Part shown: piece after piece, positions 19,328 to 30,660 of the stretch
How the letters are laid out: each line of letters starts with the position of its first letter
Numbering within the stretch: position 1 is the stretch's first letter
Virus record (IMG/VR): IMGVR_UViG_3300020048_000025
Length of the DNA: 64,000 nt
Reading direction: 5' to 3' (one strand)
From: an uncultured virus (IMG/VR IMGVR_UViG_3300020048_000025)
Taxonomy: Duplodnaviria; Heunggongvirae; Uroviricota; Caudoviricetes
Made by a program: the position numbers and the translations under genes
The notes under the pieces: generated by a model
Databases searched by the model: none
What the model was told of the DNA's origin: nothing
The model's input: only the letters and a program-made list of their open reading frames with translations

Positions 19328-21667
19328 ATGTTTGATCCCAACGACGCTAAACAACTCGCACTTGAAATTGAAAAGATATATAAACGCATAGGTTTATCCA
19401 ATCCGTTTAGTAGTGGGATTCACACTGTAGCCGAATTAAAAACTGGGTTAGAAGAAGCACGCGATATATTGCTGGAATGGGATGAGGGTGTAGGCGACAT
19501 TGAACGAGGTTTCCGCTCCATATTAAATGAAGTAAACACCACAGGAAACTCATTCAACACTGTAAAACGCAGCTTAACCTCAATCACCAGTATATCAGCA
19601 CAAATACGCGACCATCAACTGGGTATCAACCAATTAACATCTAAGCAACTTACCCAATACAAATCCAAATTAGATTCTGAAGCAACAACATTATCAAACA
19701 ATGTTAAAGCGCTTCAAGACGAAAAGGATATATTGGATACTAAAACCCAACTTGACAAAACTGAAAGGGCTCGTCTAGCTCAACTTAACGTACTCATAGC
19801 TAATACTAATGGGCTACTACAAGATCAAGATAGTATACAAAAATTACTCAACGAAAAGTTAGACCAGGAAATACACCAACGTGAAACCATCGAGAAAAAA
19901 CTTGGTGTAGTTGGTGGTTTACTTAGGGGGATTGGAAAAATACCAGTTCTAGGTGATTTAGTAGACACCAATGAAGCACTCAATACTGCAGAGTCCACCA
20001 TTGAAACCACTGGATCTAGTGTTAAAGGACTTGGCGCCGCATTAGGTAATCTAGGCAAACAAGTAATATCTGGCATACTCAACCCAGCTAATTTAGTATT
20101 GGGTGCGTTTACAATGATGATTGAAGCGCTTAAAGATGTAGACAAAGGTGCTGGTGAATATGCCAAATCTATGAACCTAACATATGGTGAGGCGTTGAAT
20201 TTACGAGGTGAACTAGCAGTTGTATCATCAATGTCAGGTGATGTTGCATTAAATTCTGAGAGACTCCAGAATACATTAATGGCTGTTGGTAACACAATGG
20301 GGTCAAATGCTAAACTAAATATAGCTGATCTTAAAACATTTACCAAACTTAGAGAACAAGCCGGATACACCAATGAAGAATTAATGGGAATCCAGAAATT
20401 GTCATTGGTTAATAATAAAACACTCGAGGCAAATACCAAAGAAATACTTGGTGCCGCTAGGGCATATAACGGTAAAAATAAGTTAGCGTTAAATGAGAAA
20501 CAAATACTCAAAGACGTAAACGCTTCATCTGCTTCACTTAAATTATCGTTAGGTGGAAGTGCATCCCAATTAGCCATAGCTGCGGCTAAATCGCGTGAAT
20601 TTGGTTTAAACCTACAACAAACAGAAAAAATAGCAGAATCGCTACTCAATTTTGAATCATCCATTGAATCAGAATTATCAGCTGAGCTATTAACTGGGCG
20701 CGATCTAAACCTAGAACAAGCGCGTTTACTTGCGTTAAATGGTAAAACCGCCGAAGCGGCTGCTGAAATAGCTAGACAAGTTGGTACGTCAGCTGATTTT
20801 TCCCGAATGAATGTTATTCAACAGGAAGCTTTAGCAAAAGCAGCCGGAATGACCCGCGATGAATTAGCACAATCATTAATTGACAGAGAATCATTAGCTA
20901 AACTAGGTGTAGCAGATGCTAAAACAGCACAAGAGGCATACAACATACTCAAATCCAGAGGTATGTCCGAGGCCGAAATCCAGAAAAAGTTAGGCGATGA
21001 AGGATTGGCACGTCAATATGAACAGCAATCATTACAGGATCAATTTAACGATACTGTATTGAAACTTAAAGACATATTTGTACAGTTAGCTGAACCTATG
21101 TTGAAAATAATCACCCCATTTGCTAATTTAGTAACTGAAGTATTACCATTAATAAACATAGTACTCCAACCAGTAATAGCAACATTACGTGTCATAGGTT
21201 CACTCATAACGGGTATTATTAAACTTATCACCCTTGATTTTAAAGGTGCAATGGAGGCTTTTAGCCCACCCAATTTATTTAAAGGATTTGAAGATTTAAA
21301 AGCTGCCAACAACCCATCCCTACCAGGAGGAAATAATTTAGCCCCACCTACCCCAACAATAGGAAACGACGTCGTATCCCCAGGATCTGGAACAGGATAT
21401 GGTAGTCGTACATTATTGACCGGCAAAGACGCCATCCAATTAAACAATCAAGACACTGTAATAGCAGGTACCAATTTATTTGGTGGTAAACAAAACCAAT
21501 CCACAACCGTAGACAATTCATCTTTAATTGCCGAAATCAGAGCACTTCGCAACGAAATGAACAGTAGACCAGTTGTAGTACATAGTACTGTACAATTACC
21601 AAATGGTGAAGCGCTTGCCAGAGCAACCAATTCAGAAAACCGTAAAATACATTACGGAGTTCAATAA
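19328..21667 (+). CDS. Tape measure protein
   Basis: Long helical ORF after the chaperones; LLNFESSIESELSAELLTGRDLNLEQAR segment. Confidence 0.8.
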   Translation: MFDPNDAKQLALEIEKIYKRIGLSNPFSSGIHTVAELKTGLEEARDILLEWDEGVGDIERGFRSILNEVNTTGNSFNTVKRSLTSITSISAQIRDHQLGINQLTSKQLTQYKSKLDSEATTLSNNVKALQDEKDILDTKTQLDKTERARLAQLNVLIANTNGLLQDQDSIQKLLNEKLDQEIHQRETIEKKLGVVGGLLRGIGKIPVLGDLVDTNEALNTAESTIETTGSSVKGLGAALGNLGKQVISGILNPANLVLGAFTMMIEALKDVDKGAGEYAKSMNLTYGEALNLRGELAVVSSMSGDVALNSERLQNTLMAVGNTMGSNAKLNIADLKTFTKLREQAGYTNEELMGIQKLSLVNNKTLEANTKEILGAARAYNGKNKLALNEKQILKDVNASSASLKLSLGGSASQLAIAAAKSREFGLNLQQTEKIAESLLNFESSIESELSAELLTGRDLNLEQARLLALNGKTAEAAAEIARQVGTSADFSRMNVIQQEALAKAAGMTRDELAQSLIDRESLAKLGVADAKTAQEAYNILKSRGMSEAEIQKKLGDEGLARQYEQQSLQDQFNDTVLKLKDIFVQLAEPMLKIITPFANLVTEVLPLINIVLQPVIATLRVIGSLITGIIKLITLDFKGAMEAFSPPNLFKGFEDLKAANNPSLPGGNNLAPPTPTIGNDVVSPGSGTGYGSRTLLTGKDAIQLNNQDTVIAGTNLFGGKQNQSTTVDNSSLIAEIRALRNEMNSRPVVVHSTVQLPNGEALARATNSENRKIHYGVQ

Positions 21668-21700
21668 TTAAACATATTTATAATTAAAAATTAACATATC

Positions 21701-22075
21701 ATGGGAATACTAGACAAATTAAATAAGTTAGCTACTGAGGAAAAATTCAAAACACTTAGCCCGAATGGTTCAATATATGCACCTAATTATGTTGTTGCTA
21801 ATGGTGATGTACCTAAATCTAAATTAGCAGGTGAAGAATCTCCACTACATGCTGGTAAAGATGGAACAGAGGGATATTCATTGAATGGCAATAGCTCAGC
21901 TGAAGTTACCAAATTATATAATGAATATGATGATGGAATAGCTAACGCATTACCAAATCCAACCGAATATGAAAATTTCCCAGACCCTACAGGAAGATTT
22001 ATACCCCCATACAACTCTGGTAAAAAATACGAAGACAACCACCCAGAAAAACCAACTACAAACCCCGCACCTTAA
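21701..22075 (+). CDS. Hypothetical virion protein
   Basis: 124-aa ORF with late motif at 21674. Confidence 0.55.
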   Translation: MGILDKLNKLATEEKFKTLSPNGSIYAPNYVVANGDVPKSKLAGEESPLHAGKDGTEGYSLNGNSSAEVTKLYNEYDDGIANALPNPTEYENFPDPTGRFIPPYNSGKKYEDNHPEKPTTNPAP

Positions 22076-22112
22076 TTTAAACACACAACATTACTAACCG
22101 TATACACACCAT

Positions 22113-24149
22113 ATGGGTTTATTCACTACATATAAGGGACTTGAGGTATCAGGTAACGTTGCATTGAAGTCATTAAAATTCAACAACGATGACTCATTTA
22201 ATGCCCAACCATTCATACAAACACCCATACCAGGTGATAACGGAATAGTATCTATTACCAATAATAAAAATACAGGGTTTGTTAATACAATAAATGAAGC
22301 TTCAGCTGGGTTCCTTAACTTAAACGATAAACTAAAAATATCCCCCACAGTTTCAACCCTAGCCACGGGTATATATCGCTCAGCGGTGGATGTTGTTAGG
22401 TTATCTAAATTCATGACTACCCCGGCAGGCCTTGAATTCATAGCTAAACAAGAATTGTTTTCATTAATGTCACCACGATTGGAAACCAGTGGTATATTAA
22501 ATGGTGGTATATATAACCCATTATCCACATTGGTTCAAGCTGGTGTTAATATTGCAGGAATTCATTTACCAACATACCAGAATAGTGCCGCTAAAATCAA
22601 GTTTGGGAAGAAAAACAATAAAGAAACTAAGGAAAAAGGAAAAAGTGGTGAACTTAGTGCTGGAAAAACATATGGTAGATTAATTTATGAGCGTGGATTA
22701 TCCGACCCCAACGAAAAACTAGACAATCGCCTTACCAGTCTATATTCTAAACATGTAGGAACCAGATACGCACTCAATTCAGGAGTCCGCACCTCACTTT
22801 ACCGATATATTGGTGGGCCCGGTTCCATCATGGGAGTAGGTTATACTAGTATTGATTTCCAAACTGACCCCTCAGGTAACCCTATACGCACTATGGGGCC
22901 AAATTTTATTTACCCCACAGGTGATTATAATACACCAGAAACATTTGAGGCTGTATATGTTCACCCTGAAAGAACCCTATATGAAATTGCCAATGGATAT
23001 CAATCCCTTGAAACTAAATATGGACTAGGCGACCCAGGAAGAACAAAATTTACAGGGAGTGCAGTTGGTGGGGCTTGGGTACCGGATAGAGATATTACAT
23101 TACCATTAGATAAAATAAATGGGCATTTAATATATTCATCAAAAGAAGAAGAAGAAAAAATCAAAGTTAAAACGAGTGCACTAAAAGATTTAGTGACATT
23201 TAGAATAGGTGTAATTAGTTTGGGTGGACTTACAGATGTCATATCTGAACCTCCCATATACTATATGCATTTCCGCTCGTTCATTGATTCATTCTCTGAT
23301 TCATACAGTTCAGATTGGTCTGCACAAACATATATGGGTCGTGGTGAAAAATTATACAAATATAATTCATTTGATCGCAATATAAACATGTCATTTACTG
23401 TGGCTGCTCAATCTCAAGCAGAGATGATGGGAATGTACCAAAAATTAAATTACTTAGCTTCCACTACAGCCCCACAATATACTCCATATGGATATATGAC
23501 GGGCACAATAGCTAAAATGACTCTAGGAAGATATCTCAACAATGTGCATTGTAAAATAGATAGCATTGAATACGAAATACCGGAAGATTCACCATGGATG
23601 GTAGATAACCCAGATGATGGTGTTAGTAAAAATCCTTATAATCAATTACCATTCATTATTAAAGTTAGGATGAGATTTACTCCACTTCACAACTTTAGAC
23701 CTGAATTAGTGAAAGATTTAACCGATACAGAGGGTAATACTGGGGTAGGACATATATCATACTTAGCATCTCCAGACGATAAAGAAACACGAGTACAATT
23801 TACAGAAACCCAAAACTTAGAGATAGGACAAGTTATGGTGACAGGTAAAAAACCAACAGGATTACCACCAGGGAATTACAAATCTAGAAAACTATTTACC
23901 GATCTAGCCTCAGCTAATCTACCATCCGCAACAGAAGGATTTTATGAACAAAGTGCTGAATATAACTGGGAAGATTTTGGTGGTGATATTAAAGCTGGTG
24001 CTAAAGCTGTTGAAAAAAGATTTAAACCAGTTCAAAGCGCTATCAGAAAAGGAAATATTGCTGTTAAAAATGGAATAGGAAGCGCATATTATTACATTAA
24101 AGAAAAATTAACAAAAGACAGTAACCCTCCAATTGCTGGTGGGCAATAA
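22113..24149 (+). CDS. Baseplate/tail-tube initiator-like protein
   Basis: FRSFIDSFSDSYSSDW...YMGRGEKLYKYNSFDR.I.MSF.V tube-fold segment; baseplate context. Confidence 0.6.
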   Translation: MGLFTTYKGLEVSGNVALKSLKFNNDDSFNAQPFIQTPIPGDNGIVSITNNKNTGFVNTINEASAGFLNLNDKLKISPTVSTLATGIYRSAVDVVRLSKFMTTPAGLEFIAKQELFSLMSPRLETSGILNGGIYNPLSTLVQAGVNIAGIHLPTYQNSAAKIKFGKKNNKETKEKGKSGELSAGKTYGRLIYERGLSDPNEKLDNRLTSLYSKHVGTRYALNSGVRTSLYRYIGGPGSIMGVGYTSIDFQTDPSGNPIRTMGPNFIYPTGDYNTPETFEAVYVHPERTLYEIANGYQSLETKYGLGDPGRTKFTGSAVGGAWVPDRDITLPLDKINGHLIYSSKEEEEKIKVKTSALKDLVTFRIGVISLGGLTDVISEPPIYYMHFRSFIDSFSDSYSSDWSAQTYMGRGEKLYKYNSFDRNINMSFTVAAQSQAEMMGMYQKLNYLASTTAPQYTPYGYMTGTIAKMTLGRYLNNVHCKIDSIEYEIPEDSPWMVDNPDDGVSKNPYNQLPFIIKVRMRFTPLHNFRPELVKDLTDTEGNTGVGHISYLASPDDKETRVQFTETQNLEIGQVMVTGKKPTGLPPGNYKSRKLFTDLASANLPSATEGFYEQSAEYNWEDFGGDIKAGAKAVEKRFKPVQSAIRKGNIAVKNGIGSAYYYIKEKLTKDSNPPIAGGQ

Positions 24150-24231
24150 CCAACAACCCCCAAACCACACAAAAAAGCTTGGCTTAGCCAGGCTTTCATT
24201 GTATATTAATATTTATAATTAAAATATACAT

Positions 24232-24546
24232 ATGTCCCGTTATACATCAACACCCATAATCACCACCCCGGATCAACCAAAACGTAGATATATCAACGTT
24301 AAATATCCTGAAATAACCCGTGATTTTGCAGACATATACGTGTATGCATCTTTAGGTGACCGTTATGATTTAATAGCCAATTCATACTACAATAATACTG
24401 AATTGTGGTGGATAATCCTTAGAGCCAACCCCTCACAACCAACCGATACACTTTACCCAAACCCAGGCGAGCAAATACGCATCCCCGCACCATCACGCAT
24501 ACCTTCCATATTAGCGCAATATGATAGTTTAAATCAAAATATATAG
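24232..24546 (+). CDS. Baseplate wedge LysM-like protein (gp53/tail X-like)
   Basis: GDRYDLIANSYYNNTELWWIILRAN...GEQIRIP. Confidence 0.8.
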   Translation: MSRYTSTPIITTPDQPKRRYINVKYPEITRDFADIYVYASLGDRYDLIANSYYNNTELWWIILRANPSQPTDTLYPNPGEQIRIPAPSRIPSILAQYDSLNQNI

Positions 24547-24550
24547 TTTT

Positions 24551-27064
24551 ATGTCAAAAATAGTAGGAGAAGAAATTCCATCGTATGTAGCTAAACAAAT
24601 TACCCAACGCCAATCCATTCATGATTCCGTTAGGCGTACAAATGAGGACATGCTGTATTTAAATTCACGAACATCGTGGGTCAAATTAGCATCTGGAATC
24701 AATATAGATGAAGATGATGGTACTGCTAAAAAATATGTGCTATGTAATGGATGGTCACGAGCAGGTGTTGGAAGTGGAAAAAACCCACCTTTAGAGCAGA
24801 GACAATCATTTGGATCAAAATATGGGTATGATCCACTATATGATTATGGTATCTCAGAATATGGTTACCAACCAATGCCCGGTATCGTTAGCGCTGATAT
24901 TAGATGTGTGAACCGTGGTTCAATTAAGAAAGCAACCGTTCAAATTAAAGCATACACCCCAGAACAATTCCACATTCTTGATCAACTATACCTTCGTATA
25001 GGATATACCATGTTTTTAGAATGGGGTCATAGCATATATTTGGATAATGGTGGTAAACTCCAACAAATGGGCTACACATTAATCGAAGCCGATCAAGGAT
25101 TTTTTGCATGTACCGATTACTACCAAATGCTCGATAAAATTGAATATTACCGTAAAGGTAAATTTGGTAATTACGATGGACTTATATGTAAAGTAGTAAA
25201 TTTCAACTGGCACATAGCACAAGATGGTTCATACGATATCACACTAGAGCTAATCAGTGTTGGAGATGTAGTAGAATCACTTAAAACAAATGTATCCCCG
25301 AACAAAGAATTAGCCGATGGAATAGACCAAATTTTACCTAGCAATAATGAAGTTGAACATGATACCAAAATATCACCCACCTCAAATATAATTTCAGCGT
25401 ATCTATACTTCCAAAAATTATTAAACGATAACCCGGTTAATTATTCAAAAGATAAAATATTTGCATATATAGAAGAGGCAAATCTATCATTACAATTAGG
25501 TCATTTCATTAAAATATCCAATAAGGGATTACCTTCAACATTCACCGGAACTGAAGCTGATCAACCAAATGAGGTCCACTCATCTCAAGCATTCCCAGAT
25601 AGGGACTTGGCTGAGCAATGGGCAAAAGATAATCTCACAGGGTATACAGAAACAACTGCTGCTATCCCCACTCCACAAACATATAAAATTAGGGATGTTA
25701 CCACTATATATACAGCTGGAGTTACAAATGATAGGCTTCAAAATAGCGGAATATATTATGTAATATATAACCCAGCCCCTAATACAACATCCCCAGAAAA
25801 TCTTCAATTCAAAAATATACGACAAGGTATACGCAACGTATTTTTTATAGATTATTTAAATCGTGCACAAAACGATACAACAACCGGTTTTTATATGCGT
25901 TTTGGACATTTACTTGAGTTTTTAGACAAATATGTTATTCCAAATAACTCAAAGAAACATAAAATAATTAAAATAAACTATGGTTTATCCAAAATGTACC
26001 GCCACCAATACCAATATTCAGCAGATCCTAGGGTATGTTTAGTTTCCATACCCACCTATGACCCAGTCCGCACTAAAACATTTTTAGTTGATGAGAATAA
26101 AAAGGATTTCGACAAGGGAAAAGTACAGTGGAAAATCGAAAATGGAGGATATGCAGCTAACTCAATGAACATATTTATCCACCACGCTCAAATTTCCAAA
26201 TCACTTGAAGCCAATTTAGATGACAAAGGTAATTTATCATTGTTTAATTTCTTAAAAGACTTATGCACTGCACTTAATGTTGCTCTATGTGGCGTAAATA
26301 ATTTAGAACCCATAATTGATGAACAAGACAACTCACTCCACATAGTGGATTCTAGTCTCAATTTAGATAAAGGAAAAGGAGGGTATGAACTTGAATTATA
26401 TGGTTACCACCCCTCCAAACCAACTGCAGATAAAACATCAGTTAATCCGGGACCATCCAATTTTGTCCGCAATTTCAACCTAAAAACCGAAATCACTCCT
26501 GAATTTGCAACCATGGCCTCCATCGGTGCTACAGCAGCTGGGTATGTAAAGGGAACTGAAAATACTATGTTCTCCAGATGGAATAAAGGTTTAACCGATA
26601 GATTCCAGGAAGAATGGCATGCACCCACATCTGAAACATCTAAAGAGGCAAAAGAAGATGTACGTGATGCATATGTAAGTAGAATCTGGATAGGATGGTG
26701 GCAAGCATTTGGATATATTGTTAACGGTGTTAAAATATCAATGGACGATGATTTAATTAACCGTAATATATCAGTGATGACTGAATTTTTCAAATATGTA
26801 CAGACCCATCTCAAATCAAAAACAGACGATAGATACGCATCCACCCAAAATGGATTTATCCCAATCAGTTTAGGTGTAACTATGGATGGTATATCAGGCA
26901 TTAAGATATATAATTCATTGAAGGTCTCAACCAGATTTTTACCAAAAAACTACCCAGAAAATTTATCGTTTATCATCAAAGGTGTTAACCATAAATTATC
27001 CAATAGTGACTGGGAAACCACACTTGAAACAGTAGTTATATCTAAAGTAAACACATTTAAATAG
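24551..27064 (+). CDS. Baseplate hub protein (gp27/VgrG-like)
   Basis: PMPGI, YLRIGYTMFLEWG, GNYDG, IPISLGVTMDGISGIK and C-terminal IKGVNHK....WETTLET. Confidence 0.65.
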   Translation: MSKIVGEEIPSYVAKQITQRQSIHDSVRRTNEDMLYLNSRTSWVKLASGINIDEDDGTAKKYVLCNGWSRAGVGSGKNPPLEQRQSFGSKYGYDPLYDYGISEYGYQPMPGIVSADIRCVNRGSIKKATVQIKAYTPEQFHILDQLYLRIGYTMFLEWGHSIYLDNGGKLQQMGYTLIEADQGFFACTDYYQMLDKIEYYRKGKFGNYDGLICKVVNFNWHIAQDGSYDITLELISVGDVVESLKTNVSPNKELADGIDQILPSNNEVEHDTKISPTSNIISAYLYFQKLLNDNPVNYSKDKIFAYIEEANLSLQLGHFIKISNKGLPSTFTGTEADQPNEVHSSQAFPDRDLAEQWAKDNLTGYTETTAAIPTPQTYKIRDVTTIYTAGVTNDRLQNSGIYYVIYNPAPNTTSPENLQFKNIRQGIRNVFFIDYLNRAQNDTTTGFYMRFGHLLEFLDKYVIPNNSKKHKIIKINYGLSKMYRHQYQYSADPRVCLVSIPTYDPVRTKTFLVDENKKDFDKGKVQWKIENGGYAANSMNIFIHHAQISKSLEANLDDKGNLSLFNFLKDLCTALNVALCGVNNLEPIIDEQDNSLHIVDSSLNLDKGKGGYELELYGYHPSKPTADKTSVNPGPSNFVRNFNLKTEITPEFATMASIGATAAGYVKGTENTMFSRWNKGLTDRFQEEWHAPTSETSKEAKEDVRDAYVSRIWIGWWQAFGYIVNGVKISMDDDLINRNISVMTEFFKYVQTHLKSKTDDRYASTQNGFIPISLGVTMDGISGIKIYNSLKVSTRFLPKNYPENLSFIIKGVNHKLSNSDWETTLETVVISKVNTFK

Positions 27065-27066
27065 TT

Positions 27067-27705
27067 ATGGAAGACGAAAGAGAATACATTGAAGCTCGAA
27101 ATGAAATATTCAAGTTATTGCAAGGTTCATCTGCTCAACAAATAATTGCTGCCCCAACCATTGTAACCCCATCTACCTCCACCACCAACCGTACATATCC
27201 TAACTTAGGAGGACCAGTTGGAAGTCCGGCCGCGGTAGCAGCCGCTAATTCTTTTGCTAGATCAAAAGGTGGATTCGTTAATAAAGGTAAAGATTTTACT
27301 ATTGATTTTTTAACTGATGTTTTAAATGGTTTAGGTATTTCATCACCAAATGTATATCAAATGAATATGATGAAATCATGGAGGCAACATGAGGGAGCCG
27401 CGGCTACTTATAACCCATTTAACACCACAAGAAATGCTGATGGTGCTAGATATTATGGAACAAATGTAGCTGGGGTAAAAAATTATGCTACTAGAGCTGA
27501 AGGGTTAGAACAAACGATACTAACACTTAAACAATCAAATTTCAGGAAAATTTTAAATTCTATACGGAATATAAACAGTGAAGCTGACATTGATAATACT
27601 ATGGTAATTATTAATAATTCACCTTGGGGTAGTGATTTTATTCCACCAAAATACCAATCATATAGAACACTCAACAATTATATTTGGGGATATGCAAATG
27701 ATTAA
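27067..27705 (+). CDS. Putative lysozyme-like virion hydrolase
   Basis: WRQHEG....YNPFNTT...GVKNY.T..EGL..T..TL, recalling tail-associated lysozyme-fold domains. Confidence 0.5.
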   Translation: MEDEREYIEARNEIFKLLQGSSAQQIIAAPTIVTPSTSTTNRTYPNLGGPVGSPAAVAAANSFARSKGGFVNKGKDFTIDFLTDVLNGLGISSPNVYQMNMMKSWRQHEGAAATYNPFNTTRNADGARYYGTNVAGVKNYATRAEGLEQTILTLKQSNFRKILNSIRNINSEADIDNTMVIINNSPWGSDFIPPKYQSYRTLNNYIWGYAND

Positions 27706-27743
27706 TTTAAACAATATACCTAATTAACCGCACATAACATACC

Positions 27744-28298
27744 ATGGAAGAAGAAGATTTTTACCAAATGTTAAGAGAATTAATACTTCAAGATCTTAAA
27801 TCATCAAAAGCCAAACCAATTAATAGTTCTGCTAATATTAAAAATGCTCCTTTAGCAACATATAATGGGGGATATGGTGGATATAATATCACACTTAGTA
27901 GAGGATGGCAACAACCACCATCAAACCCAGACCAACATGACGGATTTGACGTATTAGTTCCATCAGGCACCCCAATCCAATTCCTTAGATCAGGTACAGT
28001 AACAGATAGAAAAGATGAGCCCCTAGGATATGGCTGGTATTTATTGATTAAAATAGATGGAACTAACGATACCATTATGTTAGCTCATTTATCCGCAATC
28101 AATGTAAACGAGGGTGACCAGATATCACCCAACACCATAGTTGGTGCTACAGGGGGTATTCAAGGGGCACAGGGTGCAGGTAATTCAGGTGGTGCCCATT
28201 TACACTATGAATATAGAAAAGATGGCACAGCAGTAGACCCAGCACTTACACCCCCAGCCAAACCAATCAATTCAGTTATAAAATTACTAAAACCATAA
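27744..28298 (+). CDS. M23 family peptidase
   Basis: HDGFD (HxxxD), GYG.Y, LAHLS and GAHLHYE (HxH). Confidence 0.9.
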   Translation: MEEEDFYQMLRELILQDLKSSKAKPINSSANIKNAPLATYNGGYGGYNITLSRGWQQPPSNPDQHDGFDVLVPSGTPIQFLRSGTVTDRKDEPLGYGWYLLIKIDGTNDTIMLAHLSAINVNEGDQISPNTIVGATGGIQGAQGAGNSGGAHLHYEYRKDGTAVDPALTPPAKPINSVIKLLKP

Positions 28299-28301
28299 CC
28301 C

Positions 28302-28907
28302 ATGTACTACCCAAAATCACAATATATAGGAAATTTATACACTGATGGAGGTCAATATGTGATTGCTGTTAGTGGTGATTCATACAAAGGATACTATTTC
28401 AAAACATTCAAAAACGAATTATACACTGGGAAAACACCGGAAGATGGTACCCCACAACTATTACTCCCAGCTGATGAACCTGTATCCAACACCCCATATC
28501 CCACATCAACCCCTTCCACCACCCAAGCGTCATACATTTCAATGAATGCTTTTATACCCTACAACAACCAACCCCCAACCCCACGCTATATCCCCCAATC
28601 TAACATAACACTACCCACACCAGATGACTATACACAGGGTGTATTTACACGTTTTTTCTGCAAGAAAACAAACGAGCTAAAATACATCGAAATTGATCAA
28701 AAAACATACTCCAAACTTGCATCCCAATCCAATGAAATAGCGTGGGATTTATATATACCTCAATCCATCGATTGGTATATAACAGGAAACATGGAAAATA
28801 TATACAACTTAAACAAATCGATTGTGCATATGATCGAAACGGAGGAAAAATGGCATGGTTTCTCGCAATACTTTAAACAAAACTTTGCAAAATACTTTGC
28901 TACTTAA
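28302..28907 (+). CDS. Hypothetical baseplate-region protein
   Basis: 201-aa ORF (MYYPKSQ...LYTDGGQY) contiguous with the tail module. Confidence 0.6.
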   Translation: MYYPKSQYIGNLYTDGGQYVIAVSGDSYKGYYFKTFKNELYTGKTPEDGTPQLLLPADEPVSNTPYPTSTPSTTQASYISMNAFIPYNNQPPTPRYIPQSNITLPTPDDYTQGVFTRFFCKKTNELKYIEIDQKTYSKLASQSNEIAWDLYIPQSIDWYITGNMENIYNLNKSIVHMIETEEKWHGFSQYFKQNFAKYFAT

Positions 28908-28930
28908 CATAACTTGCATATATTTAACCT

Positions 28931-30178
28931 ATGTTTTGGTTAATTGAAGATGTAAGTAAAATAGAAATCCTGTGTCGCATACGCCACAAAAACGTATACG
29001 TGGATATACTACCGGTATCCCACATTCATCACGCACAGGAAAACGAAATATGTGCCATATACCTTAAACCCACCCAAAACGAGAAAGGGTATATTTTACC
29101 AGTGAACCACAACGACACGCTCAATTTACCAATTGATATAATCCAGGAAGTACTAGACAGTATCGAAACCATACACGTACACGACAAAAAAGAATTCCTG
29201 CACTACTTTACACACAAAAGCATAGCGTGTCCGGTTCCTGGCATTCACACACAATTACCTGCACCAACACCAACACACGAGAATTTTTACCGTTTGTATC
29301 CCAACCGAGCAGATGTTAACACAATTATACCCATAGTGAAACACTATGAGTGGTTTGAGCAACGGTTTGCTGTGTTACCCGAAACAAACACTACGCATTT
29401 CTACAACAAAGCATCCATCGTATACAACATGCTGGAACGCACTGGAATATCTGTGAATACAAGCGAGTATAAGCGATATTTCGGAAAAGACGATGTACAC
29501 CATGCCTACACACACTACAATTTAAATACCACAACAACTAGACCATCGAATACATTCGGTGGTATTAGCTTTAACACATTAAACAAAGACAATGGAGAAA
29601 GAGAGTGTTTTATTCCGAGTAACGATATATTCATTGAGCTGGATGTCAGTGGCTATCATCCTCATTTGCTATCCCATCTGGTGGACCATGATTTCGGTGG
29701 TGAGGATATTCATCAAAGTTTTGCCACTTTGTATGGGGTGGATTACCAGAGAGCAAAAGAAATAACCTTCCAGCAGCTGTATGGAGGGATTTGGAAACAA
29801 TACGAAAATTTGGTATATTTCAGTAAAGTAAAAAAATACACTGAACAATTGTGGCAACAATTTACCACTGAAGGATATATTGAATGTCCTGTATCGCAAT
29901 ACAGATTTGAGCGTGATAAGCTGGATGAAATGAACCCACAAAAACTACTCAACTACGTGTTGCAAAACTTTGAAACAGCAACCAATGTTAAATTAATGTG
30001 GAATATATTCAGAACGTTACGCGGTAAAAACACCAAACTCGTGTTGTCAGTATACGATTCATTTTTATTTGACGTTGATGAATCCGAGACAGAGGTCATG
30101 CCACAAATAGTGGAAATATTTAAACAACACAACCTAAATGTGAAGGTCAAAGCGGGCAACACATATAATTTCAAATAA
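28931..30178 (+). CDS. Compact family A DNA polymerase-like protein
   Basis: TTRPS; motif A IELDVSGYHP; motif B AKEITFQQLYG; NYVLQ; motif C VYDSFLFD. Confidence 0.75.
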   Translation: MFWLIEDVSKIEILCRIRHKNVYVDILPVSHIHHAQENEICAIYLKPTQNEKGYILPVNHNDTLNLPIDIIQEVLDSIETIHVHDKKEFLHYFTHKSIACPVPGIHTQLPAPTPTHENFYRLYPNRADVNTIIPIVKHYEWFEQRFAVLPETNTTHFYNKASIVYNMLERTGISVNTSEYKRYFGKDDVHHAYTHYNLNTTTTRPSNTFGGISFNTLNKDNGERECFIPSNDIFIELDVSGYHPHLLSHLVDHDFGGEDIHQSFATLYGVDYQRAKEITFQQLYGGIWKQYENLVYFSKVKKYTEQLWQQFTTEGYIECPVSQYRFERDKLDEMNPQKLLNYVLQNFETATNVKLMWNIFRTLRGKNTKLVLSVYDSFLFDVDESETEVMPQIVEIFKQHNLNVKVKAGNTYNFK

Positions 30179-30186
30179 AATAAGTT

Positions 30187-30660
30187 ATGCACCCAAATTT
30201 CGAAGAAGCTCTGTATATGTATGATACGAGTCATAGCTATGACTATGACTATTTCATGAACACAGAACTTATGATCAACAACAGACTACTATGTACTTTT
30301 ACCACCCTCGAAACACTTGACGAGTTGATTTCGGGTTTAACCAAAAAGTACTCCATATTATATAATAAAATGTTTGTCCTTCACGTTAAAAGCAACAACG
30401 AATACGTTGTTACCTACAACATAGACCAAGGTAATGCAACAGACATGCCAGAAAATACCATTTTGGTTCACCGCAAGAAAGAACACAATGTACTATACAC
30501 AATCAATTCATTGAATGAGTTAATCAAACGATTGAATGGTGGTGTAGTTGACCCAAAATTTCCAATTAACTGGCAACACTACAGAAACAGCATATTGTTA
30601 ACACAAAATTCGGATTTGAAACAACTTCAAACCCGCATCTACAAAATAATTGAACTATAA
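30187..30660 (+). CDS. Conserved hypothetical replication-region protein
   Basis: NRLLCTFT...HRKKEHNVLYTINSLN; the true start may be a later ATG. Confidence 0.65.
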   Translation: MHPNFEEALYMYDTSHSYDYDYFMNTELMINNRLLCTFTTLETLDELISGLTKKYSILYNKMFVLHVKSNNEYVVTYNIDQGNATDMPENTILVHRKKEHNVLYTINSLNELIKRLNGGVVDPKFPINWQHYRNSILLTQNSDLKQLQTRIYKIIEL

